Shown here in pieces: positions 8,317-19,138 of a stretch of DNA of 39,198 nt; position 1 is the first letter of the stretch, and each line of letters opens with the position of its first letter. A program made the translations under genes and the position numbers. Origin of the DNA: an uncultured Sphingobacteriales bacterium. GTDB taxonomy: Bacteria > Bacteroidota > Bacteroidia > JAADEI01 > JALVCQ01. Below the pieces are notes generated by a model that had not been told where the DNA came from, did no database searches, and saw only the letters and a program-made list of their open reading frames with translations. The stretch covers positions 1 to 39,198 of the forward strand of contig CAYVLB010000003.1 in NCBI GenBank assembly GCA_964452325.1, in the 5' to 3' direction.

Positions 8317-10062
8317 TTAGCTTGCCACTTCAAATTGGGTTTCAACCAAATGAGCATAATAGCCACGGTTTCGCATGAGCGTTTCATGGGTACCCCTTTC
8401 AATGATACGTCCTTCATGGAAAACCAGTATTAAATCAGCGCCTCGAATGGTAGAGAGGCGATGGGCAATGATTATGCTGGTGCGATGCCGTAGCAGGCGA
8501 TCAGTGGCACGTTGAATGAGCTCTTCGTAAATTTCATCCACAGCCGAGGTAGCCTCATCGAGAATTAAAATAGCGGGATTGCGTACGTACGCCCGCAAAA
8601 AAGCAATGAGTTGGCGCTGACCCGCAGACAAATCAACTCCACGTTCTTGTAGGCGGTACTCCAATTGTCCAGGTAGCTGATCGATAAAGTCCCGCATACC
8701 GAGCTCCTCAACGGCTGCTTCGATGCGATCACGAGGAATATCGTCCCGATAGAGTGTGATATTATTCAGCAGCGAATCAGAAAGCAGAAAAACATCTTGG
8801 GTAACAACCGCTAAATGGTTACGATAATAGGTCAGATTGTAGGATTCAATGGGATGTCCGTCAACCATCACACGCCCCTCCTGATATGGATAGAATCGAG
8901 CAATAATATTGGCCACAGTGGTTTTTCCCGCACCAGTTTTACCTACGAGCGCCAGCTGTCCCCCCGCAGGCACATCAAACGACACCTCACGAAACACCCA
9001 TTGGCCCGGTACGTAGGCAAAACCGACCCGATCGAACCGAATGCGTCCGACAATAGGATACGATTGGTTACCTCCCTTGGGCTCCATGGGAACACTTTCC
9101 ATAACTTGACGAACGCGTTCGGCGGCAACCAGCCCCATTTGTATCGAATTAAATCGGTCTGCCATCCGCCGAATAGGACCGAACACCAAATTAACATACA
9201 TGATAAAAGCCACAAGGGTTCCAAAGGTCACCCCGTTTTCGTGAAGCACTTCCAACCCTCCCCACAGAATGAGGGCCAGTGCAACGGAGAACAAAAGCTC
9301 AAGTACTGGGAAAAACAAGGCATAGGCAAAGATGACCCGGAAATGACCACGCAACAATTCGTCGTTCAGTTGCTGAAAACGACGGAATTCTTGCGGCTCA
9401 ATAGCAAGCGATTTGACCGTGAAGATACCAGTAATGCGCTCTTGAAGAAAAGTGTTCATCCGGGAAATCAGGTTGCGGATATGATAAAACCCCTTACGGA
9501 CAGATTCCTTAAACACATACGACGCACCGATGAGTAGTGGCAACACCGAAAGGGTAATCAGGGCTAACCGCCAATCCGTTACGATCATCAGGCCAAAAAT
9601 CAATCCAAGCAGCAACATATCTCCAACAATACTGATTAAACCATGCGAAAACATATCCGCCATGGCCTCGATATCCGAAACACTACGGGTAACCAATCGG
9701 CCCACGGGGGTTGTATCAAAAAAAGCTATCGTTCCACGGAGCAATCGTCCAAACACATGACCACGGAGGTGGGTTACAACTTCGATGCCAATAAAAAAGT
9801 TATAGTATTCATTAAGAAAGGCCATTATTGCATTCACCATTACCAATCCGAAAAACAACAAAGCTCCTTGCCACAGCCCATGCCAATCATTGGTTTGAAT
9901 TGGTCCGTCAATCACATATTGAATGACAAAGGGGCGCAATACAGACGAAAGCGAATAGAGGATGACAATGAATAACGCCAGGGCAAATCGTCGTCGCGCC
10001 GATGGAAGGAAGCTGACAATCCAATGGAGGTCATTGTGCCACGTGCGTCGTTGTTGGCTCAT
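8317..10062 (-). CDS. ABC transporter, fused permease/ATP-binding protein (MsbA/multidrug exporter type)
   Basis: A 581-aa ORF with an N-terminal 6-TM domain. It carries Walker A GKTGAGKTT, signature LSAGQRQL and Walker B ILILDEATSAVD. Confidence 0.9.
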   Translation of the reverse strand: MSQQRRTWHNDLHWIVSFLPSARRRFALALFIVILYSLSSVLRPFVIQYVIDGPIQTNDWHGLWQGALLFFGLVMVNAIMAFLNEYYNFFIGIEVVTHLRGHVFGRLLRGTIAFFDTTPVGRLVTRSVSDIEAMADMFSHGLISIVGDMLLLGLIFGLMIVTDWRLALITLSVLPLLIGASYVFKESVRKGFYHIRNLISRMNTFLQERITGIFTVKSLAIEPQEFRRFQQLNDELLRGHFRVIFAYALFFPVLELLFSVALALILWGGLEVLHENGVTFGTLVAFIMYVNLVFGPIRRMADRFNSIQMGLVAAERVRQVMESVPMEPKGGNQSYPIVGRIRFDRVGFAYVPGQWVFREVSFDVPAGGQLALVGKTGAGKTTVANIIARFYPYQEGRVMVDGHPIESYNLTYYRNHLAVVTQDVFLLSDSLLNNITLYRDDIPRDRIEAAVEELGMRDFIDQLPGQLEYRLQERGVDLSAGQRQLIAFLRAYVRNPAILILDEATSAVDEIYEELIQRATDRLLRHRTSIIIAHRLSTIRGADLILVFHEGRIIERGTHETLMRNRGYYAHLVETQFEVAS

Positions 10063-10811
10063 TCAACGGGTATTAATAGATCGTATGGATATCGAATGCG
10101 CGTAAGATAGAGGCCGTGGGGTGGCGCCAATGGCGAAGATTCAGTGCGGTCACGCGCAGCTAACATTCGGGCAAAGGACTCGGGAGTTTTCTTGCCACGG
10201 CCAATATCAATCATATTACCGACGATTAAACGAACCATTCCACGAAGAAATCGATTGGCAGTGATGGTAAAGATAAGTCTGCCGTCAAACTGGTCCCAAG
10301 CAGCATAGCGAATGTCAACGGCATGATTGCCTTTACCATCGGTTTTGCTCACAGCTTCAAATCGATCAAAATCAAGTAGTCGGCGCGAAGCTTCATTCAT
10401 AGCACCCACATCAAGGGGATAGTGTATCCATACTGCACGATGTTGCAACAAGGGGTTTTTATGCAGCGTCAAATGGTATTCGTAAGTGCGTTCGTAGGCA
10501 TCAAACCGGGCATGTGCTGGCCGCTGCAAGGCATATATGCGATGGGCTGCTACTTCTGGCGGCAAGATACGGTTGAGTTTGGATACCCAATCAGCGGAGG
10601 GGCGCATTTCCGTCTCGAAATGCAAAAAAAATTGGATGGCATGAACGCCCGCATCAGTCCGTCCACAGCCATATACTGGGGTGGAATGACGAGTCAACAG
10701 GGACAGCGCATCCTCCACCACTTGTTGCACCGTAATGGCAGAACGCTGCCGTTGCCATCCGTGAAAAGGCGTTCCATCAAAAGATATTTCCAGAAAATAT
10801 CGCTGTTTCAC
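10059..10811 (-). CDS. truA: tRNA pseudouridine(38-40) synthase TruA
   Basis: ORF 10059-10832. It contains RYFLEISFDGTPFHGWQ and the catalytic GCGRTDAGVHA. The track start is TTG at 10832. GTG at 10811 gives the usual short N-terminus and clears the thiolase stop. There is an ATGA overlap with the downstream ABC gene. Confidence 0.9.
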   Translation of the reverse strand: MKQRYFLEISFDGTPFHGWQRQRSAITVQQVVEDALSLLTRHSTPVYGCGRTDAGVHAIQFFLHFETEMRPSADWVSKLNRILPPEVAAHRIYALQRPAHARFDAYERTYEYHLTLHKNPLLQHRAVWIHYPLDVGAMNEASRRLLDFDRFEAVSKTDGKGNHAVDIRYAAWDQFDGRLIFTITANRFLRGMVRLIVGNMIDIGRGKKTPESFARMLAARDRTESSPLAPPHGLYLTRIRYPYDLLIPVE

Positions 10812-10815
10812 CCAT

Positions 10816-12024
10816 TTAGCACTTTTCGACAATTAGGGCGGCTCCTTGCCCTACTCCTACACACATGGTGGCCAATCCGTAGCGAACTGTCGGCCGTCGC
10901 TGCATTTCATGGATTAACGTGGTCAGGATACGTGCCCCGCTGCACCCTAAGGGATGCCCCAATGCAATGGCCCCACCGTTGACATTAACAATCGTCGGAT
11001 CTAATTCCAACTCCTGGATACATGCCAACGATTGAGCAGCAAACGCTTCATTCAACTCAACCAGTCCGATGTCGGACATTTTCAGTCCCGCTCGTTGAAG
11101 GGCCTTACGGGTAGCAGGTACAGGACCAATACCCATCACCGCAGGATCCACACCAGCCACCGCCATATTGACAATACGGGCAAGTGGGCGCAGGTTCCAT
11201 TGTTTCAGTGCCCTTTCACTGACCACCCACACAGCGGCTGCCCCGTCGTTAATACCGGAAGCATTCCCTGCAGTTACCGTTCCTCCTTTTTTGAAAGCGG
11301 GACGTAACTGAGACAGCTTTTGAAGGGTTGTATCAGGTCGGGGGTGTTCGTCGATCTCAACGATGATGGGATCTCCCTTGCGCTGGGGAACGCTTACAGG
11401 GACAAGCTCCTCCCGAAATTTGCCAGCCGCTGCTGCCGCTTTATATTTCATTTGCGAAGCGTAGGCAAACTCATCTTGTGCACGGCGCGAGATGTTCCAT
11501 TGCTCGGCAACGTTTTCAGCGGTTTCACCCATCGAGTAGGGATAGTACTTTCGGGCCAACTTAGGATTAACAAATCGCCATCCAATCGTCGTATCAAACA
11601 CTTCGGGTTGGCGATCGAACGCCACATCGGGCTTCTTCATCACCCATGGGGCACGGCTCATACTTTCTGTCCCGCCTGCAATGTATACATCACCTTCGCC
11701 AAGCATCACAGCACGGGCTGCATCCATCACCGCCTGAAGCCCCGATGCACACAGTCGATTGACCGTTACCCCTGCTACTTCGATCGGCAAGCCCGCCAGC
11801 AAGGATGCCATCCGTGCTACGTTGCGGTTATCTTCGCCCGCCTGATTAGCTGCCCCCAAAATAACGTCTTCCACCGCTTCGGGTGGTATTTCTGGTTGGC
11901 GTTGTAGCAATGATTTAATCACATGGGCAGCAAGGTCGTCAGGCCGTATCGTTGAAAGGATGCCCCCAAAACGCCCAATGGGTGTCCGAACAGCATCCAC
12001 AATATATGCTGCATTGAGAACCAT
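10816..12024 (-). CDS. Acetyl-CoA C-acyltransferase (3-ketoacyl-CoA thiolase)
   Basis: A 402-aa ORF with [11 protein letters not shown] (active-site Cys), [17 protein letters not shown] and [14 protein letters not shown]. Confidence 0.9.
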   Translation of the reverse strand: MVLNAAYIVDAVRTPIGRFGGILSTIRPDDLAAHVIKSLLQRQPEIPPEAVEDVILGAANQAGEDNRNVARMASLLAGLPIEVAGVTVNRLCASGLQAVMDAARAVMLGEGDVYIAGGTESMSRAPWVMKKPDVAFDRQPEVFDTTIGWRFVNPKLARKYYPYSMGETAENVAEQWNISRRAQDEFAYASQMKYKAAAAAGKFREELVPVSVPQRKGDPIIVEIDEHPRPDTTLQKLSQLRPAFKKGGTVTAGNASGINDGAAAVWVVSERALKQWNLRPLARIVNMAVAGVDPAVMGIGPVPATRKALQRAGLKMSDIGLVELNEAFAAQSLACIQELELDPTIVNVNGGAIALGHPLGCSGARILTTLIHEMQRRPTVRYGLATMCVGVGQGAALIVEKC

Positions 12025-12047
12025 GGTTCAAAGATTCAAAGTGCGTG

Positions 12048-12055
12048 CAAAGGTA
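12048..12055 (-). promoter_or_regulatory. -7 box TAnnTTTG (TACCTTTG) upstream of the thiolase-truA-ABC unit
   Basis: The reverse complement of 12048-12055 is TACCTTTG, 23 nt upstream of ATG 12024. Confidence 0.4.
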
Positions 12056-12154
12056 AGGGCTCATTTACCGCCCGATAGTCTCCAACGGATGAAGTGCCTT
12101 CCCCAAGGCCCAAATTATCTATCAACTGCACCAGGCACCTCCGATACAAAACGC

Positions 12155-13588
12155 CTATTCCTTGGGAGAGAAAATCTCCCAAACTCCACCGATTCCATCT
12201 CCAGGATCCAAAGGTTGGCCGTTTTTCCATCGAGTCGCATAAGCAACCTTTTGAATGCGGGGAATGATTACTGAATGGAAGTAGTGTTGGTTTTCGACAA
12301 GGATAAATCGGCGGGCGCCTCCGTCAGCACGATTGAGGTTCATTACCGCATGGGCAGTAGTGCCACTCCCGGCAAAGCAATCCATTACCCATGCATCAGG
12401 CGGAGCATTGAGGGCAATCAGTTGTTCAATCAGCTCAACGGGCTTGGGATACGATGTAAATTCTACCTTGGTAAATAAGTTACGAAGCAATCGGGCAGCT
12501 TTCTCATTGGGATAGTCCAATAAAAGGGTACGGGGGGGTACCTTTCGTTTAATGGGTCGGAGTCGATTATCAACGAATTGATATTGTTTGAAGTAAATAT
12601 TCCATCCGTTGGCGTTTTTCCGAAATACCAGCATGCGATTTTGAAGTCCCCATTTTACCTTTTTGTTGGACCACCGCCAAGTCCATCGACGATCATGGGG
12701 ATCTCCGCCGGGCCATAATTCGATTGTTTCGGGAGCGGCGATGCGCAAGGGGTGCCGCACCCCCCTTTGGATAATATCAATCGGAGTGCCTTTGGGAACG
12801 ACAATGGGATAATCCATCGTGGGGGAATACCGGATGCTACCACGGTCAAGTTTATTAAGGGTGAATCGCCCGCGTTGGTGAAGGAATTCGTCATGATATG
12901 GATACTTTCGGTGATTAAGGTCAGCAGGCAGGTGTTGGATATGCATTGCATGGATATTTCGCGCAAAGCAGACCACATAGTCATGCTCCACAGCAATGTG
13001 GCGGGCATCCTGCCGGGGGGCAATACCACTGCGGCGGACAAAGGTGGCGACGAAATCAAAGCCAACCGCCTGAGCAACCGAACGTAAGGTAGGCAACTGC
13101 CGATCATCAATACTGACGAATAGGGCACCCTCGGGATGCATCAACGTCAGGAGATAACGCAGGGTTTCGTGCATCATGCTTCGCCATTCATTTTCGGAAC
13201 GACAATCTAGATAATCAAAATGGGTATTTCCGGTATTATAGGGTGGGTCAATGTAGATCGTATGAATTTTGCCTTCAAAACGAGAGCATATCGCTGGAAG
13301 TACCATCCGATTATCACCCTGGTAGAGCATCCCGTCGGCTTGTCGGTCAGATAGTAGCTTTTGGAGCTGTTTACGATACGGTGAAGGTAGCCATTCCGTA
13401 TCAATGGGCAAAGGAGGATATCGCCTGTCAGAGTGTTGAAAGGATACGTGCGAAAGATGAAAAAGGGTGTTCCAGCGCCGCTGGAGTTGGGTATTCTTTT
13501 CAAGCATCTCCATCCAACAGCGCCGCCAACGAATTGGCAAATAGGGAATAATCCTATCAAGGGTGGCAATATACCGGAAACCATCCAT
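12155..13588 (-). CDS. Site-specific DNA methyltransferase, N6_N4_Mtase family, beta-class (type III Mod-like), with no adjacent restriction subunit
   Basis: A 477-aa ORF. Motif IV IYIDPPYNTGN precedes motif I VMDCFAGSGTTAHAV. About 290 aa lie between them, containing TWRWSNKKVKWG, which resembles a Mod-type target-recognition region. Confidence 0.88.
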   Translation of the reverse strand: MDGFRYIATLDRIIPYLPIRWRRCWMEMLEKNTQLQRRWNTLFHLSHVSFQHSDRRYPPLPIDTEWLPSPYRKQLQKLLSDRQADGMLYQGDNRMVLPAICSRFEGKIHTIYIDPPYNTGNTHFDYLDCRSENEWRSMMHETLRYLLTLMHPEGALFVSIDDRQLPTLRSVAQAVGFDFVATFVRRSGIAPRQDARHIAVEHDYVVCFARNIHAMHIQHLPADLNHRKYPYHDEFLHQRGRFTLNKLDRGSIRYSPTMDYPIVVPKGTPIDIIQRGVRHPLRIAAPETIELWPGGDPHDRRWTWRWSNKKVKWGLQNRMLVFRKNANGWNIYFKQYQFVDNRLRPIKRKVPPRTLLLDYPNEKAARLLRNLFTKVEFTSYPKPVELIEQLIALNAPPDAWVMDCFAGSGTTAHAVMNLNRADGGARRFILVENQHYFHSVIIPRIQKVAYATRWKNGQPLDPGDGIGGVWEIFSPKE

Positions 13589-13613
13589 AGATGCCCATTG
13601 CCATTTAAGGAAG

Positions 13614-13621
13614 CAAATCTA
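13614..13621 (-). promoter_or_regulatory. -7 box TAnnTTTG (TAGATTTG) upstream of the methyltransferase
   Basis: The reverse complement of 13614-13621 is TAGATTTG, 25 nt upstream of ATG 13588. Confidence 0.4.
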
Positions 13622-13692
13622 CCATAGCATTCTGGAGATGTGGATGCCATTTAAGGGCAAGGGCGTCACTCCCCCCCATAGGAGAAGACCGC

Positions 13693-13700
13693 TACTTTTG
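13693..13700 (+). promoter_or_regulatory. -7 box TAnnTTTG (TACTTTTG) upstream of the GT2-ribBA-cytochrome-mltG unit
   Basis: TACTTTTG on the + strand, 34 nt upstream of ATG 13735. Confidence 0.4.
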
Positions 13701-13734
13701 TAACCATTCCCAATACCATGCAATTATCAATCAC

Positions 13735-14916
13735 ATGGACTGGATATGGCTTTTTTGTGGAGGATTGAGCTTAGGAGCAGTGATGTATGCTTACCTTGTA
13801 TTTCCCGTGATATTGTATATAACCACAAAGTTCAAGCAACAACAATGGACCTGTTATACAGCAGAAGATACTAAACTTCCTGAAGTATCAATCATTATCG
13901 CTGCCTACAACGAGGCATCGGTGATTGCACAAAAGATTCACTCAACATATGCTAGCGACTATCCAGGGGAAAAAATCGAGGTGCTGGTAGGCTCAGATGG
14001 TTCAACGGACGAAACGGATGCATTGGTACGTGAGCTTCAAGATCAGTATCCTTCTTTACGATTCTTTCGTTATGAAGGCCGCATTGGCAAACCGCAAGTG
14101 CTGAATCGATTAGTCCTTGAGGCACGCCATCGGATTTTGGTGCTCACAGATGCCAACGTAATGTACGATCGGGACACCCTTTTCCACCTTGTCAAGTATT
14201 ACCGAAATCCGCAAGTGGGGGTGGTGTCGAGCCAAGTCATTCCATATAACGTACGGTCCGACGGAATTGGGCTCCAGGAGGCTGCTTATACATCATTTGA
14301 AACACGACTCAAATATTGGGAAGGGATGATATGTGGGGCCATGATTGGGGCATTTGGTGCCAGTTATGCGATGCATCGTCGGTTTTGGACACCAATTCCA
14401 CCAGATGCAGGTCCCGATGACCTGTTTACAGTACTCCAAACACTACGGAAAGGTGGCAAGGCCCTTCTGTCATTGCAAAGCAGGGTGCGTGAAGACATAG
14501 GTAATGATCCGTGGATGGAGTTTCGCCGAAAGGTTCGCATTGGTACGCAAAATTTCACGGCATTGTTCAATCACTTTCTGGATGTGCTGTGGCCGTGGCG
14601 GGGATGCGTTGCGTTCTTTTTCTGGTCGCATAAGGTGTTGCGATGGTTCAGCCCCTTTTTCCTTATCATTGCATGGATAACGCATGGGATGTTGCTAGGA
14701 CATTCGAGATGGGCAGAATTCATGTGGTGGGGGGAAACCCTATCGGTGGGTGTGGCGTTGGCTGATGTAGCATTGCAACGGGCGGGTATTCATATCGGTC
14801 CGCTGCGATTAATTCGGCATTTTTACGTTGCCAACATTGCCTTGTTAGTGGGTTTTTTTAAATTTTTGCGTCATGAACATACGCAACACTGGGAACCAGT
14901 CCGCCGCTTCCAATGA
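13735..14916 (+). CDS. Family 2 glycosyltransferase, membrane-integrated
   Basis: A 393-aa ORF with an N-terminal TM helix. It carries [19 protein letters not shown] and LTDAN (DxD-like), plus several C-terminal TM helices. Confidence 0.85.
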   Translation: MDWIWLFCGGLSLGAVMYAYLVFPVILYITTKFKQQQWTCYTAEDTKLPEVSIIIAAYNEASVIAQKIHSTYASDYPGEKIEVLVGSDGSTDETDALVRELQDQYPSLRFFRYEGRIGKPQVLNRLVLEARHRILVLTDANVMYDRDTLFHLVKYYRNPQVGVVSSQVIPYNVRSDGIGLQEAAYTSFETRLKYWEGMICGAMIGAFGASYAMHRRFWTPIPPDAGPDDLFTVLQTLRKGGKALLSLQSRVREDIGNDPWMEFRRKVRIGTQNFTALFNHFLDVLWPWRGCVAFFFWSHKVLRWFSPFFLIIAWITHGMLLGHSRWAEFMWWGETLSVGVALADVALQRAGIHIGPLRLIRHFYVANIALLVGFFKFLRHEHTQHWEPVRRFQ

Positions 14917-16165
14917 AGAATGGCAATTCGATCGGATCGAAACAGCCATATCAGTCATTCGAGATGGTGGAATGGTGATTGTAGTAGATGATGAGGATCG
15001 GGAAAACGAAGGCGATTTTGTGATGGCCGCTGAAAAGATCACGCCTGCAGCGGTCAACTTTATGGCACGGGAAGGGCGGGGTTTAATTTGTGCACCGATC
15101 TTGGAAGAACGAGCCCACGAGCTGGACCTTCCATTGATGGTAAATGACAATACTGCCCTTCATGAGACTGCCTTCACGGTATCGGTCGACCTCAAAGGAC
15201 ATGGTACCACGACTGGCATTTCAGCGTCAGATCGGGCCAAGACCATCCGGGCACTGGCCGACCCCGCTATGGGGGCCGCAGATTTCGCACGCCCCGGACA
15301 TATCTTCCCCCTCATCGCCAAGACAGGAGGGGTACTCCGTCGAGCTGGCCACACCGAAGCCGCCATCGACCTAGCACGACTGGCTGGCCTTTACCCGGCT
15401 GGCACCATCGTTGAAATTATGAACGACGACGGAAGCATGGCCCGACTCCCCCAACTGATGCAATTGGCACGATCCCTTAATATGCCCATCATCACCATCA
15501 AAGACCTAATCGAATACCGCTTGCGCTACGACAACCTTATCGAGCGACTTATTGAAGTGGACCTTCCCACAGAATTCGGCCACTTTCGCCTGCGAGCTTA
15601 CCGCCAAACCACTACTGGGCAAGTCCACTTATCCCTTTTCAAGGGTGAATGGCAACCAGATGAGGCAGTGTTAGTGCGAGTACATTCCTCATGCGTAACC
15701 GGCGATATTTTCGGTTCGTGCCGTTGCGATTGTGGCCCCCAACTACATCGTGCCATGTGCATGGTCGAAAAAGCAGGTAAGGGCGTGATCGTCTATATGA
15801 ACCAAGAAGGGCGTGGCATTGGACTTCTCAATAAGCTGCGCGCCTATAAGCTACAGGAAGAAGGACTCGATACAGTAGAAGCCAACCAACGCTTAGGATT
15901 TCGGGGCGATCCCCGAGATTATGGAATTGGTGCACAGATCCTGCGAGATCTAGGCATTCGAAAGATTCGACTGATGACCAACAATCCCCAAAAACGTGCT
16001 GGACTGAAAGGATATGGCCTCGAAATCATTGAACGTATCCCCATCGAAATCTCCCCCACCCCTCACAACCTCCGCTATTTACAAACCAAACGAGACAAAT
16101 TAGGGCATGATATCCTCCGAATCGGTCCGATTCCTCCTTCTCATCGATGCGACCATTGCGAATAA
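14873..16165 (+). CDS. ribBA: Bifunctional 3,4-dihydroxy-2-butanone-4-phosphate synthase / GTP cyclohydrolase II
   Basis: A 430-aa ORF. It has [13 protein letters not shown] (DHBP synthase) and [21 protein letters not shown] with [11 protein letters not shown] (GCH II). An extra C-terminal tail ends [10 protein letters not shown]. Confidence 0.93.
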   Translation: MNIRNTGNQSAASNEEWQFDRIETAISVIRDGGMVIVVDDEDRENEGDFVMAAEKITPAAVNFMAREGRGLICAPILEERAHELDLPLMVNDNTALHETAFTVSVDLKGHGTTTGISASDRAKTIRALADPAMGAADFARPGHIFPLIAKTGGVLRRAGHTEAAIDLARLAGLYPAGTIVEIMNDDGSMARLPQLMQLARSLNMPIITIKDLIEYRLRYDNLIERLIEVDLPTEFGHFRLRAYRQTTTGQVHLSLFKGEWQPDEAVLVRVHSSCVTGDIFGSCRCDCGPQLHRAMCMVEKAGKGVIVYMNQEGRGIGLLNKLRAYKLQEEGLDTVEANQRLGFRGDPRDYGIGAQILRDLGIRKIRLMTNNPQKRAGLKGYGLEIIERIPIEISPTPHNLRYLQTKRDKLGHDILRIGPIPPSHRCDHCE

Positions 16166-18060
16166 TACGATGGATCATAACGGGCATCGGAGGTGGCATT
16201 GTCAGCATCTCCATTGCATCGTGGGGATGTGACCCTTCCCACCGTCCGACTCCGCATCAGGATACACACGACAAGATTCGCTACGTTGGCATCGACAGCT
16301 GTCGTATGTGTCATCAACAGGTTTATGCCGACTATATCCATACCGGCATGGGACGATCATTTCGGCCTGCCCGACCTGATCTCAGCAATGCCCGTTTCCC
16401 CAGCCCTCCCATTTTCGATTCAACACGCCATGCCTACTATCGGGCCTTCCTACAAAAGGATTCCATTTTTATCGAAGAATTTCGAATTGACCCGACATCT
16501 GGCGACACCTTTTTCCATCGGGTACAACGTATCGACTATATCGTGGGATCGGGGCAACACACCAACTCGCATATCTATTCCGTCAACGGATATCTTTACC
16601 AAGCGCCCTTAACTTTTTATACTCAAGACAGCATCTGGGACCTGCCGCCGGGATTTCATGGGGGACAGGCCATGCGTTGGGAGCGTCCCGTAGGCCTCGA
16701 ATGCATGAGTTGCCACAATGCCATGCCAGGATTCGACACCGAATCGGTGAACCGCTATCATGCGGTTCCGCTGGGTATCGATTGTGAACGATGCCATGGT
16801 CCAGGATCACGCCATGTAGAACGCCGACTGGCCTCTTTGCCGTTCGACACTGGAGAAATCGTCCATCCGGGACGCCTTCCGCCCGATCGCCAAATCGACC
16901 TGTGTCAACGATGTCATCTACAAGGACTCAGCATACTGCGCAATGGCCATGACTTTATGGACTTTCGCCCCGGCATGCGATTAGCAGACGTCTGGAACGT
17001 ATACTACCCCCGTCAATGGCTGGAAAACCCATTGCCCATCATGGCTTCGCATCCGTTGCGCATGAAAATGAGCAAATGTTATCAAGCATCCCGAAGTTCC
17101 AACTCTATGCCAGCACTGACTTGCCTCTCCTGTCATAATCCCCATCGGAGCGTAAACCGCACTCCACGAGAAGTGTTCATCAGAAAATGCCTAAACTGCC
17201 ACCAACGTCATGACTGTACAGCATCCCTTTCATTACGGACAAAAAACGATGATGACTGTATCACTTGCCACATGCCCAACACTGCCACGCACGATATCCC
17301 CCACGTGAAAATTCATGATCATTTTATTCGGATACCAGAACGGTCGTATTCATACACCTACCCATTGATAAAACCGCTAGTAGATACCCAGCCACCCCTG
17401 GCTGAGCAAGCCCGTGCCATCCTCGACTTTGTCGAACGCTTCAGTGCCCCCCTTGGGTGGCTGGATAGTATTCAGCCAGTGATGAAACAACTTCCCCCTC
17501 GACAACATCTCAACTTATGGCTAGACTATACCTATTTCCGCCGCCAAGTTGATTTAATGATCGCCCTTTTCTTACGGTCCCAATATCCCGAAGATAGCCT
17601 TCGAATATTTACCACCTACCGATTGGGGGAATCTTACGAAATACTCGGCAATCCAAAACAAGCGCGCTACTATTTCTTACAGGCCCTACGCCGCATGCCC
17701 AAGCATCCTCCCTTCCATCTCAAAGTCGGCGTTACGTGGATGCAAGAACGAAATCCAAAGCCTGCCATCGCCCATTTTCGGAAAGCTGTAGAACTTGACC
17801 CTTCCTATCCTGCAGCATGGAATAATCTGGGATTTGCTTATCTGGTAATTGGTCACCTTGACAGCGCGCAATATTGCATACAGCAAGCCCTTTCACTATC
17901 GGCCGATAATCCACATGCCTGGGCCAACCTCCTAAAACTACATTTTCTGCAAGGACGAATGAACGAATATCAATCCCTCAAACATTGGCTCCGTGAAGCC
18001 TTTCCCAATGAAAATCTATTTCCACAAGTATGGCAAGCTCTCGAAAGCATTCCTCAATAG
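16147..18060 (+). CDS. Multihaem (7 x CXXCH) c-type cytochrome fused to C-terminal TPR repeats
   Basis: A 637-aa ORF with an N-terminal signal/anchor ending SIASWGC. The haem motifs are CRMCH, CMSCH, CERCH, CQRCH, CLSCH, CLNCH and CITCH. The C-terminal TPR-like segment reads [45 protein letters not shown]. Confidence 0.85.
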   Translation: MRPLRIIRWIITGIGGGIVSISIASWGCDPSHRPTPHQDTHDKIRYVGIDSCRMCHQQVYADYIHTGMGRSFRPARPDLSNARFPSPPIFDSTRHAYYRAFLQKDSIFIEEFRIDPTSGDTFFHRVQRIDYIVGSGQHTNSHIYSVNGYLYQAPLTFYTQDSIWDLPPGFHGGQAMRWERPVGLECMSCHNAMPGFDTESVNRYHAVPLGIDCERCHGPGSRHVERRLASLPFDTGEIVHPGRLPPDRQIDLCQRCHLQGLSILRNGHDFMDFRPGMRLADVWNVYYPRQWLENPLPIMASHPLRMKMSKCYQASRSSNSMPALTCLSCHNPHRSVNRTPREVFIRKCLNCHQRHDCTASLSLRTKNDDDCITCHMPNTATHDIPHVKIHDHFIRIPERSYSYTYPLIKPLVDTQPPLAEQARAILDFVERFSAPLGWLDSIQPVMKQLPPRQHLNLWLDYTYFRRQVDLMIALFLRSQYPEDSLRIFTTYRLGESYEILGNPKQARYYFLQALRRMPKHPPFHLKVGVTWMQERNPKPAIAHFRKAVELDPSYPAAWNNLGFAYLVIGHLDSAQYCIQQALSLSADNPHAWANLLKLHFLQGRMNEYQSLKHWLREAFPNENLFPQVWQALESIPQ

Positions 18061-19076
18061 GCCGCTTGGTATTGATCATCGGCATACTAATGTTGGGCGT
18101 AGCAATGCTGACGGTGGGCCGATTGGCACGGTTTTTATGGTGGGAACAACTATCCCTTGATTCGCCACAAGTCCACTTATACGTTCCGACCGGTAGTACC
18201 CTCCAGGACCTTCTCCAAATCCTACACCATAAACGTATCGTGCATGACACAGTGCGTTTTCGATGGGCTGCTCGCCTCTTAAAATTTGAAAAAGTACATC
18301 CAGGACACTACCTCATCACTTCCGGATGGACCTACAAAGAGCTGATCGATGCACTACGTAAAGGACTTCAAAAGCCAGTGGTCGTCGTCATCCACAACAT
18401 CTCCTATCCAGATGAACTGGTTCAATCCATCACACAACAACTTGAAGTCGATTCGATCGAACTAATGAATTTACTGTCAGATTCCGAATACTTAGCCGCC
18501 AAGGGATTCACACCGACGAATGTGTTGGCCATGTTCATGGAAAACAATTACGAGTTCTACTGGAACACCCCTGCCGCATCATTTATGGAACGCATGTATC
18601 GAGAGTATCTCAACTTTTGGAACAGTAGCCGTCGAGAAGCAGCACACAACATTGGGTTATCATTAATCGAAGTGGCAATACTGGCCTCTATTGTTCAAAA
18701 AGAAACCAATAAGATTGATGAAATGCCCATTATTGCTGGCGTATACCTCAATCGGTTGCGTCGAGGCATGCCCCTACAGGCCGATCCCACCATACAATAC
18801 ATACTGCGTCGCTGGAAGCGCCGATTAAAAACCCGACATACACGAATTCGTTCGCCCTTCAACACCTACCTAAACACAGGCTTGCCACCAGGACCTATTG
18901 CCATTCCGTCTCCCCGTGCCATCGACGCAGTCCTGAACGCCGCCCAACATGACTACCTGTTTTTTTGCGCACGGGACGACTTTAGCGGATACCATACCTT
19001 TGCACGTACTTATCGCGAACATCTCCGAAATGCCCAACGTTACCGACAGGCCTTGACCCAACGGGGAATCCATTAA
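18030..19076 (+). CDS. mltG: Endolytic murein transglycosylase MltG (YceG-like)
   Basis: A 348-aa ORF with an N-terminal TM helix (RLVLIIGILMLGVAMLTV). It contains LASIVQKET, YLNRLRRGMPLQADPTIQY and SPFNTYLNTGLPPGPI. Confidence 0.9.
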   Translation: MASSRKHSSIGRLVLIIGILMLGVAMLTVGRLARFLWWEQLSLDSPQVHLYVPTGSTLQDLLQILHHKRIVHDTVRFRWAARLLKFEKVHPGHYLITSGWTYKELIDALRKGLQKPVVVVIHNISYPDELVQSITQQLEVDSIELMNLLSDSEYLAAKGFTPTNVLAMFMENNYEFYWNTPAASFMERMYREYLNFWNSSRREAAHNIGLSLIEVAILASIVQKETNKIDEMPIIAGVYLNRLRRGMPLQADPTIQYILRRWKRRLKTRHTRIRSPFNTYLNTGLPPGPIAIPSPRAIDAVLNAAQHDYLFFCARDDFSGYHTFARTYREHLRNAQRYRQALTQRGIH

Positions 19077-19138
19077 GCATGCTGAAATTACGGGCATGAA
19101 CACTACCAAGGATACACATTCCATCACTATTAGAAGAG

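Noticed and set aside
8815-9537. 240-aa ORF antisense to the ABC transporter. Similar long shadow ORFs lie at 10422-10982, 11320-11907, 6094-6591 and 37533-38171.
   Set aside because: Each lies wholly inside a strongly supported gene on the other strand. They have low-complexity, Arg/Ser/Pro-rich composition and no motifs, and they behave as typical antisense shadow ORFs.
12655-13128. 157-aa alternative-frame ORF inside the methyltransferase gene
   Set aside because: It is on the same strand in a different frame from a motif-bearing CDS, and it has no independent support.
14800-14872. Looked for an FMN (RFN) riboswitch upstream of ribBA
   Set aside because: The ribBA start lies inside the GT2 coding sequence, leaving no leader in which an RFN element could fold.
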